Shown here one piece after another: positions 1-10,700 of a stretch of 36,836 nucleotides of DNA. The position numbers and the translations under genes are program-made. The DNA is from Polyangiales bacterium (GTDB lineage: Bacteria > Myxococcota_A > Polyangia > Polyangiales > Houyiibacteriaceae). The notes under the pieces are model-generated. The model made no database searches and was not told where the DNA came from. It saw only the letters and a list, made by a program, of their open reading frames with translations. Within the stretch, counting starts at the first letter, position 1; each line of letters opens with the position of its first letter. Location: assembly GCA_045106895.1 (NCBI GenBank), contig JBGCFM010000264.1:1-36836 (forward strand), written 5' to 3'.

Positions 1-1
1 C

Positions 2-202
2 CCAGACGAACTCTACTCGGTGTCGATGATCTACGACCGCATCGACAACACCTTCACGGACACGCTCACCATCGAGCACCCGGAAAGTGGCGCGCCAAGC
101 GAAGGCCCCTACCTGCTCACAGAATCCGGCTGCTCCGTGCACCGCGAAGGCGGCGTAGTGAGCGAATGCACCTACCAGATGCGTGCGCCCTACGCCGACT
201 AG
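2..202 (+). CDS. 3' end of a hypothetical protein (truncated by the window edge)
   Basis: Frame is open from base 2 (PDELYSVSMIYDRIDN...) to TAG at 200-202, has GC-rich third positions, and converges on the next gene with a 10-bp gap. Confidence 0.6.
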   Translation, partial: PDELYSVSMIYDRIDNTFTDTLTIEHPESGAPSEGPYLLTESGCSVHREGGVVSECTYQMRAPYAD

Positions 203-212
203 AAGGCGTGGT

Positions 213-1691
213 TCAAACGAGAATCTCGTCCACGTCGGCGTTGCCTTCGCCCAAGAGACTGCCTGCTGGCACACCATGCGCAGCGAGCATGGTGTTGTAG
301 AGGTTCTGGGCATCGGCGAGACCCAGGTCGACGTGGCCCGTTCGGAACTTTCCATTCGCTGGGCTGATGGCGTGGAATACGTTGGCGAGCTCGACCTCGT
401 TAGCGCGCGCCACGTCGTGGTTGCCGCTTCCGGACTCCGTCGCGAAGGTGATCATCGCGTTCTCAAAGATGGTCTTGCCGTTCTCGTCCAAGTATTCGGG
501 GTCATCGAGGGCCTCGGCGAAGTAAGCGCACTGGCTCACCATGTAGTGGGCGTGAGCGCGGGCCGCGTCACGCGCCGTGCCGCCTCGCCCATAGGTGTGC
601 CAGAACTCGTGGCTGGTCTTGTTCTCACGGCCGTCGATGGAGTCCCAGTCGCGAATATCATTGAAGTCATAGATGCGGCGACCACCATGGTCGTAGGCGC
701 CGCGCAGTCGAATGCGCGCACCTTGCGCCATATAAACCATAGAGCCGAAGCGGAACTGGTCGCATTGGACGCCGAGAGCGAAGGTGTCGACGAGGATTCG
801 CCAAGTTCGATCGAGGTCCTCAACGGTGACATCCTGATACTCAAGACCGTCGCTGTTGATGAAGTTCGTCGGCTCGCCGGGAACCGTGCAGACGTTCGTC
901 GGGGGCGGCGGCTCTTCGCCGCACTCCGCAGCGAAGATTCTTGATTCGAGCTCGCGAATCTTCTCGAGGTGAAGCGAGAGCTTTCGCCGAGACTCTGCGC
1001 CGAGGTTGGAGCGCTCACCGGTGTAGTGCCGATATTGCGCGACGACGGCATCGAGAACGCTGCGGCTTCGCCGACATGCACGAATCTCTTCGGCACTTGG
1101 GCCACCGCCGCCTGGGTCCGGGGGCATGAAGCTGCCAAAGAGGTCATCAAAGAGCCGGTTGGCTCGGTGAATGAAAGAGCTCGCTGGTGAGCCGTCCGGG
1201 TTCCACGAACGAATGTCTCTGGAGTTCGACTCGATCTCGTAGGCAAGGCCCCCTTGGATCGTGCTGATCATTCCGGGCGGCAGGCCATCTGGATATGCAT
1301 GACGGCGCAACGCCTGGTCGAGGCTCGGCCCCCCCGCGCGGTTGAAGTCGCCCTGGACCGGAACGCCCGTGAAGCTCGTCGTCTCGAGGTGAGAGTTCGT
1401 GGACGCGACGTTGCCAAGTCGATAGTTGATGCCTCGTAGGACGAGGAGCTTGTCCGAGAACGCTCGAAGCGGCTCAAGGGGCCCCGAAAGATCGGCGGCC
1501 TGCATATCGTCGAAGAGGCCCAGGCCAAAGGAGCAATTGAACGCGCGCACCGGCGCCTCGCCAGGCTGCGCAAAACCAGAACGTCGGCTCATCTCGCCAA
1601 GGAAAGGAAGGCCCACGGCGACGCTCCCGGCTCCGACGAGGAAGCTTCGACGGTCGAGAAGAGGTCGCTTTGCGTGACGTCGTTTGCTCAT
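213..1691 (-). CDS. DUF1552-family protein with twin-arginine-like N-terminus
   Basis: Start reassigned to ATG 1691 (MSKRRHAKRPLLDRRSFLVGAGSVAVGLPFL), which overlaps the upstream TGA (ATGA). Family-like motifs: LEPL..F.DKLLVLRG, GPSLDQ, SVLDAV, KL..HLE.IRELE.RI, HEFWH, GKTIFEN. Confidence 0.85.
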   Translation of the reverse strand: MSKRRHAKRPLLDRRSFLVGAGSVAVGLPFLGEMSRRSGFAQPGEAPVRAFNCSFGLGLFDDMQAADLSGPLEPLRAFSDKLLVLRGINYRLGNVASTNSHLETTSFTGVPVQGDFNRAGGPSLDQALRRHAYPDGLPPGMISTIQGGLAYEIESNSRDIRSWNPDGSPASSFIHRANRLFDDLFGSFMPPDPGGGGPSAEEIRACRRSRSVLDAVVAQYRHYTGERSNLGAESRRKLSLHLEKIRELESRIFAAECGEEPPPPTNVCTVPGEPTNFINSDGLEYQDVTVEDLDRTWRILVDTFALGVQCDQFRFGSMVYMAQGARIRLRGAYDHGGRRIYDFNDIRDWDSIDGRENKTSHEFWHTYGRGGTARDAARAHAHYMVSQCAYFAEALDDPEYLDENGKTIFENAMITFATESGSGNHDVARANEVELANVFHAISPANGKFRTGHVDLGLADAQNLYNTMLAAHGVPAGSLLGEGNADVDEILV

Positions 1692-3376
1692 GGTGCGACT
1701 CCTTCGGCAGGCTCGGTGCTGACGCTTCGGAACATATTGCTGATGGCGACCTGCACGATCAGGTCGCGGTAGGTTCCCTCGCTCGCGCGGAAGCCGTCTC
1801 GAATCTGCGCGAGACTGCAGGAGTCTCCGCGCTGCATGATGCGGCCGACGGCGTAGGAGGCGACGTTGAGCACCATACATTCTTCGACACGAACGCTCTC
1901 CGCCATCACCTCGGAGAACTCTTCGGCGCCGTCGTACGAAGTCTCCACTCCGTTGACGAATCGAATAAAGCCGTCCGTTGGAAGGAAGTTCCCCGCGGAG
2001 TCTTCTTCGTCGTAGAGGCCAACGGCGTCGTAGCGAATCAATCCCCAGATCATCGGCTCGAAATTCACGTGGCAGCTTCGGCATTCGGGGTCATTGACGC
2101 GCGCCTCCGAGTAGTCGCGCTTGCTCTGGCCTGGCGATGGCGGCGGCTGGTCGGTGCTGATGTTCGCCGGCGGCTCCGGGATGACCACGCCGCAGTTCAT
2201 CTGCTCCGCGAGATTGAGGCCTCGCTGAACCGTCGAAGCCTCCGCGCCACCGGAGAGCGCGAGCACGCTGCCCTGGGTCAAGAGTCCGCCGCGCTCGGGC
2301 ACGTCCGTGAGGTCCACAAGACCATCCTCGTCCGGCGCCGGAAGACCATAGAACTCGGCGAGCGCCGGGGAGACGACGGTAAAATCGACATCGAAGATGC
2401 TCATGAAAGGGTCACTTCGCGCCCACGTGAGTTCATCGAAGACAGCCAGCGTTTCGTCCTGCATCGCCGCGCCAATCTCCGGACTCCAGGTAGGATGGTG
2501 TTCAGCGTCGCGCACCTGCGTTGCGAGGGACCCCAGTTCAAGCCAGTCGCCGATGTAGCGATGGCCCGCAACAACGGCGCCTTCGGTTTGAAGCAGCCGG
2601 TCTACTTGCGCCGTGATCTGCTCGTCCGTTTGCAGCTCGTTGCGCAGCGCCGCTTGCTGGAGCATCGCGTCAGCAGGCTCGCCGGTGACGAGGAACGCGA
2701 TTCTTCGGGCGAGTTCACCCGGGGCCAGCGCACGTGGCGTGCCGTCACCCAGGTCTGCTTCGAAGTGGTAGAGGAAACGCGGGGACTGAAGGACGACCTC
2801 GACGGCGTCGAGGGCCGCCTCGTCGAAGCCGTCTCCTCGCTCGACGGCTTCGTCGTAGAGGGCGTCGATGGCCGCGTGTTCTTCGGGCGTCGCCGTCGTC
2901 CCAAAGGCGTCGAGGGCCAGCGCATCGACGTAGGCAGCGAAGCACTCCGCATCACGGCAGTCCGTGTAGCGATCGATGAGCGCATCGGCGTCGGGCAGGT
3001 TCGTCACGATAAACGCGGCGAGCTCCATGTAGGCGCGGGCGTGGTCGGTCTGCACATTCAACGCCGTGGCGAAGTTGGAGAAGCTAGTCGGCGATGCGGG
3101 GTCGACGGGCAAGAGGCCCTCAGCTTGGGCGCGCACATCGACGCCGGAGATGCGGAGCGTGCCCGAAAGGTACTCTTCTCGAGTGAGACGACGCAGGAGA
3201 GGTCCCGTCGTGGATACCTCGCTGTCACACACGAACTCTTGGCCGGGGGAAGGCTGACCCGCCGGCGGAATGACCAGGGGCGGCTCCTCCGACGTCGAGG
3301 AGATCGTCCCCGTGCAACCGAACGCGAGCCCAAGGGCCAGGAGAAGAATCGCAGGCTTTTTATTGGATGCGGTCAT
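1688..3376 (-). CDS. DUF1592/DUF1588-type lipoprotein with one CxxCH motif
   Basis: Start ATG 3376 gives a lipobox (LALGLAFG-C). Motifs LRRLTREEY, VLQSPRFLY, ELARRIAF, RGGLLTQGSVL, STVQRG and CRSCH. Sits directly upstream of the DUF1552 gene, the usual pairing. Confidence 0.85.
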   Translation of the reverse strand: MTASNKKPAILLLALGLAFGCTGTISSTSEEPPLVIPPAGQPSPGQEFVCDSEVSTTGPLLRRLTREEYLSGTLRISGVDVRAQAEGLLPVDPASPTSFSNFATALNVQTDHARAYMELAAFIVTNLPDADALIDRYTDCRDAECFAAYVDALALDAFGTTATPEEHAAIDALYDEAVERGDGFDEAALDAVEVVLQSPRFLYHFEADLGDGTPRALAPGELARRIAFLVTGEPADAMLQQAALRNELQTDEQITAQVDRLLQTEGAVVAGHRYIGDWLELGSLATQVRDAEHHPTWSPEIGAAMQDETLAVFDELTWARSDPFMSIFDVDFTVVSPALAEFYGLPAPDEDGLVDLTDVPERGGLLTQGSVLALSGGAEASTVQRGLNLAEQMNCGVVIPEPPANISTDQPPPSPGQSKRDYSEARVNDPECRSCHVNFEPMIWGLIRYDAVGLYDEEDSAGNFLPTDGFIRFVNGVETSYDGAEEFSEVMAESVRVEECMVLNVASYAVGRIMQRGDSCSLAQIRDGFRASEGTYRDLIVQVAISNMFRSVSTEPAEGVAP

Positions 3377-3531
3377 GTCATGGGTCCGGCTGAGACATGC
3401 GTATTCAAGACGAAGGCACGTCGAGCAGAGCCCAAGTGTAAGGGGTAGACCGGTCTGAACCAAGCGTGAGCGGGCCAATTCCCCTGACCGCAACTGCGTG
3501 AATCAACGCGCCGCGTCAAAGAACGAGCGCC

Positions 3532-5118
3532 CTATCCTTTGCGGACGCTCTTTGGGGGACGCTTCAGACCGTACTTTTCCATCTTGTAGATGAGCGCTCG
3601 GCGGCTTACGCCGAGTCGCTTCGCCGCATGCGTTTGGTTGTGGTTCGTGTCGGCGAGCGCGCGAACGATGGCGTCTCGTTCCACGCTGTCGACGTGTTCG
3701 CGAAGGCGGCCTTCGCCGGAGGTCATCGGCATCGGTTCGCTTGGCAGGTGCTCAGCAAGCACGACGCCATCACTGGCGAGGCGAACGGCGCGCTCGATGG
3801 CGTTCCGTAGCTCGAGCACGTTGCCAGGCCAGGGATAGGAACGAAGGCGGGCGACGGCGCCGGCGGAGAAGTCGAGGTTGGCCCCACCGAGGCTCTTCGT
3901 GAAGCTCGCGGCCAGGGGGAGGATGTCTTCAGGCCGATGCCGGAGAGGAGGAACATCGATGACCTCGCCCTCCAAAAGGGACCAGAGTTTTTCGTTGAAC
4001 GCCGAACGCGCCACGAGGGCGACGAGGGCTCGCTCCGTGGAGGCCATGAGACGCACGTCGGCTTTTTCGAACTCGGCCTGTGCGTGCGCGAGCTGCTCCT
4101 GAGCCCCTAGCTCAAGCTCCGTGACCTCCTCCACAAAGAGCGTGCCGCCGGCGGCCTCACCGAGAGCTTCGCGAAGGGAGCCTGCCACGTTAAAGGTCGC
4201 TCCATGGCGCACGACGAAACGTCCCGTGCGTTCGCTCCCGGCGTGCAGCATTCGTGCGTACGCGCTTTTTCCGACGCTCACCTCGCCGGTAAAAAGCACC
4301 GGCGCTCGATGGTCGCCGGCTGCGTGAACTCGCGCCGCCAAAGCGACGGTACTCGCGTCGTGTACTTCGGGGTCGACGGCCGGCGCTTCATGGACGATGC
4401 CCGTGGGCACATCGGCAACGAAGAAGTCATCGTTGTTGCGCATCGCATCAGCGAGAGCCCGGCGCGCGCTGCGGATCAGTCGCTCGGCGGTCTCCGCGTG
4501 ATGCGGCGCTACGGCAATACCAACGTTTGCGTCGACGTCCGCTTCGTCGAGGAGCCGCTCGACAACGACCCGTGCATGCGCCGCGTCGGTGTCCGGCAAC
4601 AGAAACTCCGGCTCGTCAGAGGCGTAGCTGGCGACCAAGTCCCCAGCACGAAACCGGTCGAGAGCGAGTTCCACGATGCGACGCCCTTCTCCATGACGCG
4701 CCGCCACCATGACGAGGCTCGTCCGGCGGCCGCTACGGAGCGCGCGCGCGAGCTCTTCGTAGAGCCGCTCGCGAAACTCATGGTGCGTCAACGCGCGGCG
4801 ACCGCCTGCCCGAAGGGGAACGGTGATGCCGGCGACGACCTTCGCGCCGCTAAGCTGAATCTCTTCGCCAGCCTTGAGGATACAAGGCGCCTCCGCGCGC
4901 TTGCCGCCAACGAAGACCCCCGCGGCGGCTCGCTCGAGGCGCACCACATTGCCATCCCACCGAAGAGACACACCATCCACGTCCACGCTCGAATCCGCCT
5001 GCGAGCCGTCTCCACGGAGGCTCAAAGACTCCCCTGCGCGGAGGGGGATCACGTCCGTGCTCTCCGTCCGAACCACCACGAACGCTTCACGGCTTGCTTC
5101 CGTTGACCCACTAGCCAT
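3532..5118 (-). CDS. NtrC/Fis-type enhancer-binding-like regulator (degenerate FHA, GGDEF-like and AAA+ domains; Fis HTH)
   Basis: LFTGEVSVGKS (Walker A-like), GGTLFVEEV (Walker B-like), VPPLRHRPEDI, YPWPGNVLELRNAIERA, and C-terminal NQTHAAKRLGVSRRALIYKMEKYGL. No GAFTGA motif. Start ATG 5118 is my choice; the ORF is open to 5196. Confidence 0.85.
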   Translation of the reverse strand: MASGSTEASREAFVVVRTESTDVIPLRAGESLSLRGDGSQADSSVDVDGVSLRWDGNVVRLERAAAGVFVGGKRAEAPCILKAGEEIQLSGAKVVAGITVPLRAGGRRALTHHEFRERLYEELARALRSGRRTSLVMVAARHGEGRRIVELALDRFRAGDLVASYASDEPEFLLPDTDAAHARVVVERLLDEADVDANVGIAVAPHHAETAERLIRSARRALADAMRNNDDFFVADVPTGIVHEAPAVDPEVHDASTVALAARVHAAGDHRAPVLFTGEVSVGKSAYARMLHAGSERTGRFVVRHGATFNVAGSLREALGEAAGGTLFVEEVTELELGAQEQLAHAQAEFEKADVRLMASTERALVALVARSAFNEKLWSLLEGEVIDVPPLRHRPEDILPLAASFTKSLGGANLDFSAGAVARLRSYPWPGNVLELRNAIERAVRLASDGVVLAEHLPSEPMPMTSGEGRLREHVDSVERDAIVRALADTNHNQTHAAKRLGVSRRALIYKMEKYGLKRPPKSVRKG

Positions 5119-5243
5119 GGCTGACACGCTCCTCCACCCATCTCGGAGTATACGAAAACGCGGGCCCCTTTGCGGCAAAATCAAGTTCTGCATCACCGCA
5201 AATCGGTCGTGCGTATTTTCTCGATGTGCTCTAGGCTCACCCC

Positions 5244-5963
5244 ATGGCCATTGCGCCCCGCACAGCAGAAGAACTCCTTCGAGACGTCACCAAGCTCAAT
5301 GAGCTACCACCCAGCGAGCTGAAGGCCATGGCCGACGCCGCCGAGGTCCGCAAAGCCGCGAAAGGGGCGCCGCTCTTTAGTGAGGGTCAAGACGCGGAAG
5401 GCCTCTGGGTCGTTCGAACGGGTGAAGTTAAGCTCACGAAGAGCGGAAAAGACGGCCGTGAGCAGATCTTGTATCTCGCTCGCCCCGGAAAAGTGATCGT
5501 GGAGGGCATTCGTTTTGACGGCGGCACCTACCCAGCGAGCGCCGTCGCTATGCGCGCGGCTTCGGCGATCGTGATCTCGAACGACTTCCTCGCAAAGCTC
5601 GGTGAAGAGAAGTCCGAAATCTACCGGACGCTGGTCAACCTGCGCGCCAAGCGGAGTGACCGCACCCTCGCCCTGGTGAGCGACCTTAGTCTTCGCACGG
5701 TGCCTGCGCGCCTCGCTTCATTCCTGTGCACTCTCGTCGCCATGCGCGAAGCCAAGGGCCAAGACGCACAGAACCTGGTCCGCGATCTGACGACGGAAAC
5801 CGTCGCCGGCCGCCTCGGGACCGTGCGTGAGGAGATCTCCCGCGGCCTTGCGTACTTGGAGCGCCAGGGCGCGCTCTCCGTCTCGCCGGACCTCATCGAG
5901 GTCAAGGACCTGACACGCCTCGAGCAGATCGCCTACGGCCCGAAGAAGTCGCTGTCGTCGTAG
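5244..5963 (+). CDS. Crp/Fnr-family transcriptional regulator
   Basis: cNMP-binding beta-roll (LFSEGQDAEGLWVVRTGEVKL...GREQIL), VPARLASFL, and HTH LTTETVAGRLGTVREEISR. Confidence 0.92.
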   Translation: MAIAPRTAEELLRDVTKLNELPPSELKAMADAAEVRKAAKGAPLFSEGQDAEGLWVVRTGEVKLTKSGKDGREQILYLARPGKVIVEGIRFDGGTYPASAVAMRAASAIVISNDFLAKLGEEKSEIYRTLVNLRAKRSDRTLALVSDLSLRTVPARLASFLCTLVAMREAKGQDAQNLVRDLTTETVAGRLGTVREEISRGLAYLERQGALSVSPDLIEVKDLTRLEQIAYGPKKSLSS

Positions 5964-5995
5964 TCGCGTCCGGAATGGGCGCTTGGGAGAGGCTC

Positions 5996-7768
5996 TCAGT
6001 GCCCTCCCGGATCACTCACACCGCAGTGCCCGGACTCGTGGCATAGGCCTGAGAGGCAATCATCCGCGTCAAAGCAGTGGTAGCCGTCCGCGCACTTCGC
6101 GTCGCAGGTCCCGCCGCAGTCTAAGTCCGCTTCGCCCCCGTTGCTCAGTCCATCGAAACAGTTGAGGACGCAGCGACCGTTCGTTCCGCATTCTTTCCCG
6201 CGACAATCTGCGTCGGTGAAACAAGTACGAAACGGATAACACTGAAGCGGGCAAAACTCCCCGCAGTCCGTCGAAGACTCCAGACCATTGAGGACGTTGT
6301 CGCTACAGCTCGCCTCCGCACAGGTCCCCGCCTGGCACACGAGACTCTCACACTCGGTCCCGGCGGTGCATCCTGTCCCTGTTGGGCAACCCGCCGAGCA
6401 TGAACCTGCGCAGTCGACTCCGAGCTCGTCGCCATTGGTGACGCCGTCGGTGCAGCTCGCAGCCTGACATGTGCTGTCGGCGCACACGCCGGAATCACAG
6501 TCCGGCCCGCCCGTGCAGCCGGCTCCTGTTTCGCATCGCGCGGAGCACGCCCCGCCACAGTCGATGTCTCCTTCGGATCCATTGACCTCGCCGTCTTCGC
6601 ACGTAGCGACACAGGCGCCGTCCGTGCAGACTTCGCTGCGACAGTCCGAGGGTTCGCCGCACTCTTGCCCGGACGAGCACGGCTCGCATCCAGGCCCACA
6701 GTCGATGTCCGCCTCGCTCGCGTTGCGCACTTCGTCGTCACACGTCGCCGGCTGGCAGCTGCCGGCGGCACACACACCCGTGAGGCAGTCCGTGCTCGCC
6801 ACACACGCCTCGTAGTCCCCGCACCGCGGACAGTCGCCGCCGCAGTCCGCGGACGTCTCGTTTCCGTTGAGCCGGCCATCGAAGCAGGTCGCCGCTGGCA
6901 TACACTCTCCGCTATCGCATTCCCCGGACATACAGTCTCCGGCGACATGACAGAGCAACCCAAGTCCGCATGCGTCGCACTCCCCACCGCAATCGACATC
7001 TGTCTCATTGAGGTTTTGTGTGCCGTCAAAACAGGTCGGGGCGCAACGCCCCCCGGTACAGACTCCTCCGATGCAATCATCCGAAGAAGAACACTCCCCT
7101 TCCGCGGGGCATGATCGGCAGCTCCCCCCGCAGTCGACATCCGACTCATCGCCGTTACGGGCGCCGTCGTCGCACGTCGGATGACAGACCTCGTCCACAC
7201 ACAGCGCGCCTTGGCAATCGATGGCGGCGCGGCATGTCTTCCCGGCGTCGCAGGCCGGACACTCTCCTCCACAGTCGACGTCGCTCTCTCCGCCGTTGTG
7301 AACTCCATCGTCGCACGCAGGGAACTGGCAAACGCCTCCGCCGCAGACGCCATCTTCGCAATCCGCGCCCTCTGTACATGAGCGCCCGACCTCGCAGGAT
7401 GAACACTCACCTCCGCAGTCGACATCAGTCTCGCTTCCGTTTTCTACGCCATCTGTGCAGGACGCCACTTGGCACTCGTCATCGAGGCAAACGCCGCTCT
7501 CGCAGCTGCTTCCGTCGACGCACTGCACACATCGCGCACCCAGGCATACGCCGGGTACTCCATCTTCCTCGCAGGATGAACCGCGAGAACGAAAAAGCGC
7601 CTCCACACACTCGCCGCCGACACAGAACGGTCGGAAGCAAGATGTAGAGGCGCACTCTCGGTCCGAGTCGCACTCAGCGACATCGGGTGGGATCTGCTCT
7701 TCGACGACGACACAGCTTGCCCAGGACAGGCCTAAGGCGAGATAGCCGATGTGAAGAGCGATCCTCAT
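5996..7768 (-). CDS. Cysteine-rich repeat lipoprotein (10 CxDGxxNGxExDxDCGG repeats)
   Basis: Lipobox LSWAS-C, then ten repeats of about 47-49 aa such as CTDGVENGSETDVDCGGEC. Starts 6 bp after the upstream Cys-rich gene. Confidence 0.88.
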   Translation of the reverse strand: MRIALHIGYLALGLSWASCVVVEEQIPPDVAECDSDRECASTSCFRPFCVGGECVEALFRSRGSSCEEDGVPGVCLGARCVQCVDGSSCESGVCLDDECQVASCTDGVENGSETDVDCGGECSSCEVGRSCTEGADCEDGVCGGGVCQFPACDDGVHNGGESDVDCGGECPACDAGKTCRAAIDCQGALCVDEVCHPTCDDGARNGDESDVDCGGSCRSCPAEGECSSSDDCIGGVCTGGRCAPTCFDGTQNLNETDVDCGGECDACGLGLLCHVAGDCMSGECDSGECMPAATCFDGRLNGNETSADCGGDCPRCGDYEACVASTDCLTGVCAAGSCQPATCDDEVRNASEADIDCGPGCEPCSSGQECGEPSDCRSEVCTDGACVATCEDGEVNGSEGDIDCGGACSARCETGAGCTGGPDCDSGVCADSTCQAASCTDGVTNGDELGVDCAGSCSAGCPTGTGCTAGTECESLVCQAGTCAEASCSDNVLNGLESSTDCGEFCPLQCYPFRTCFTDADCRGKECGTNGRCVLNCFDGLSNGGEADLDCGGTCDAKCADGYHCFDADDCLSGLCHESGHCGVSDPGGH

Positions 7769-7774
7769 GATGAG

Positions 7775-10700
7775 CTATCGACGACGCCGTCGGGCCAGGA
7801 AGGCGAAGCCCACGAGCGCCCACCACAGGGTCTGGCTGCTGCCGCTCGTCGTAGTCGAACAGCCGCCGCCGGATAGACCTGCGCCTGCTCCGCCACATGG
7901 GCCACACTCATCGCCACCACAATCGACGCCGGTCTCGGTGCCGTTCTGCACCTCGTCCATGCACGTTGCTGCCTCGCACGTACCTGCGTCTCCGCAGATG
8001 ACGCTCGCGCAGTCCGTTGGTGAGCCGCAGGGCTCGCCGACTCCGCAGCCGCCACACTCAGCGCCACCACAGTCGACCCCTGTCTCCGTGCCGTTCTGCA
8101 AGCTGTCCTCGCAGGTAGGCGTGACACAGGTTCCTTCGATGCAATCGCCAGAGCAATCGTCGCCGGTGACACAGGTTGAGCCTTCTCCGCAAGCGCCGCA
8201 GCTTCCGCCGCAATCCAAGTCGGTCTCGTCTCCGTTCTGCACGCCATCGACACAGGTCTCAGGGGCACACGTATTGTCATGGCAGACGCCCGAAGTGCAG
8301 TCACCCGCATCCACACATCCCGAGCCATCGGAACATGCTTCACAAGTGGCTCCACCACAGTCGACGCTGGTCTCGTCCCCGTTCATCACAGAGTCGTCAC
8401 AGCTTACTTCCTGACATTCGTCGTCGGTGCAGACGCCGCTGCCACAATCCATGGCCGCCGTACACCGGCCACCGCTCGCACAACCGGGACAGCTTCCGCC
8501 ACAGTCGACGTCCGTTTCGGTGCCGTTGAGCACGCCGTCTCCGCACTGAGCGTCGACACACACCTCCCCTGTGCACACAAGGCTCTCACAGTCCGTACCG
8601 GTGACACATCCTGTGCCGTCGTCACAAACAGGACAGCTCGCGCCGCAGTCTACGTCCGTCTCGCCGCCATTCCGAATCCCGTCGGCGCATGTCGAAGCAG
8701 CGCAGACGCCATCGGTGCACACGCCCGATTCGCAGTCGTTTGTATCGACGCACGTTCCGCCCGCGCCGCAGCTTGGACAGCTCCCGCCGCAATCGGCGTC
8801 CGTTTCGTCTCCGCTGAGCATCCCATCGACGCAGTGAAGCGGAGTGCACATTCCTTCGATGCAGGAACCGCTATCGCAGTCCGCTCCGGTGGAGCAAACG
8901 CCCTCTTCACAGGCCAGACAGCTGTCGCCGCCACAGTCGACGTTCGTCTCCGTGCCGTTCTGGCGACCATCGTCACACGTCGCCGCGACACAGATATTGT
9001 CGGTGCAAGTCCGGTCAACACAGTCGCCGTTGACGACGCAGCCACCATCCGTCGGGCACGCACCGCAGCTTCCGCCACAGTCCACATCCGTTTCGTCACC
9101 GCTCAACATATCGTCGTCGCAGCTCGATGGCTCACATACGTTGTCCGGGCCACAGTTGGCGCTCACGCAGTCCGCGTCGCCAGAGCATCCCGAACCGTTG
9201 TCACAGGACTCACAAGACCCGCCGCAGTCGCTACCGGTCTCGTCGCCGTTCTGGACTCCGTCATCACAAGCCGCCGCACCGCAGACGCCCGCGATGCATA
9301 CGCCGCTGGCGCAGTCGTCGTGGCCAACGCACGAGCCGCCGGATTCACAGCCGCCACAGATGCCGCCGCCACAGTCAACGCCAACTTCCGTACCGTTCTG
9401 AACTCCGTCAGAGCAGCTCGGACGCTGGCAGGATCCGAGACACTGGTCCAAGTCGCTCATATTGGCATCATCGCAGGCTTCGACGCCCGACTGCACGATG
9501 CCATCACCGCAAGTCGCCAGCACGCAGCTGATACAAGCGTCAGAGCTCACAAGGTTCGCGTCGTCGCATGCTTCGACGCCGTCTTGAACGAAGCCGTCGC
9601 CGCAGCTCGCAGCCTGACAGCTCACACATGCGTCCGCATTGCTTCCGTTCGCGTCATCGCAGGCCTCAACGCCTGCTTGCACGAAGCCATCGCCGCAGCT
9701 CGCAGCCTCGCAGCTCACGCATGCGTCCGTATCGCTTCCGTTTCCGTCATCGCAAGCTTCAACGCCCGCTTGCACGAAGCCATCGCCGCAGGTCGCAGCC
9801 TGGCAGCTCACGCATGCGTCCGTATCGCTTCCGTTCGCGTCGTCACAGGTCTCAACGCCTGCCTGCACGAAGCCATCGCCGCAGGTCGCGACCTGACAAC
9901 TCACGCAAGCGTCGGTGTCGGACGCGTTTCCATCGTCGCAGCCTTCGCCCGCCTGAAGGATCCCATCACCACAGACGGCAAACTGGCAGTTGGCGCAGCC
10001 GTCCGTGTTGTCCATGTTTCCGTCGTCACAGGCTTCGACTCCTGTTTGAACAAATCCGTCGCCGCAGGTCGCGGTCTGACACATCACGCACGCGTCGGTG
10101 TCGTCCGCGTTGCTGTCATCGCAAGTCTCGACGCCGGCTTGGATAAAGCCGTCGCCGCAGGTTGCGGCTTGGCAGTTCACGCAGGCGTCCGTGTTGGACA
10201 TATTCCCGTCTTCACATGCTTCGCCGAACTCGACGGCGCCATTTCCGCACGTTGCGTTATTTACCGTCACGTTGAGGCCACAGAACCAAGTCAAACCGGC
10301 GGCGTTTCGGAAGGTGACGCTGATCGCAGAAGTCGTTCCAGCATCCGCGGCCACCGGCGTCCAGTTGAACGTCGTCGTCAAAGGCGCGCTACCACTGGTT
10401 GGCGAGAATGATCCGCCGGCGGGGACGCCAATTGTCGACGTCGTCAAGTTGCCGCCGCCCGGATCGGTGCCGACAATGGGCACGCTGAGCGCTTGGCCGA
10501 CGGGGATATTGTAGTTACCGCCACCACTGCATGAAGGCGGTGTTCCGTTGACGAGCTCTACGGCGATGTCGAGGATCTCTGTCGAAACGAACCCGCCGTG
10601 CGTCGATTCGAGTTTGAGCCACACCGAATAGAGCTGACCCCCTGCTCCGCCGGAAGTATCCCAGGTGAGCTGACATCCACCGGCCACCGTCGTGATGACG

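Noticed and set aside
1692..2084. N-terminal extension of the DUF1552 ORF in the ORF track
   Set aside because: It overlaps the upstream gene in another frame. The ATGA-coupled start at 1691 places the RR motif at the N-terminus.
1670..3448. 592-aa plus-strand ORF and similar long antisense ORFs (8279-10411, 15977-17032, 19903-20706, 33023-34210, 31506-32477)
   Set aside because: They are shadows of well-supported genes on the opposite strand. High-GC codon bias suppresses antisense stops, and they carry no recognisable motifs.
3460..3480. Sigma54-like promoter TTGGCCCGCTCACGC upstream of the DUF1592 gene (and TTGGCAAGCGCTTG upstream of zorF)
   Set aside because: The GG-to-GC spacing is not the required 10 nt, and the neighbouring regulator lacks GAFTGA.
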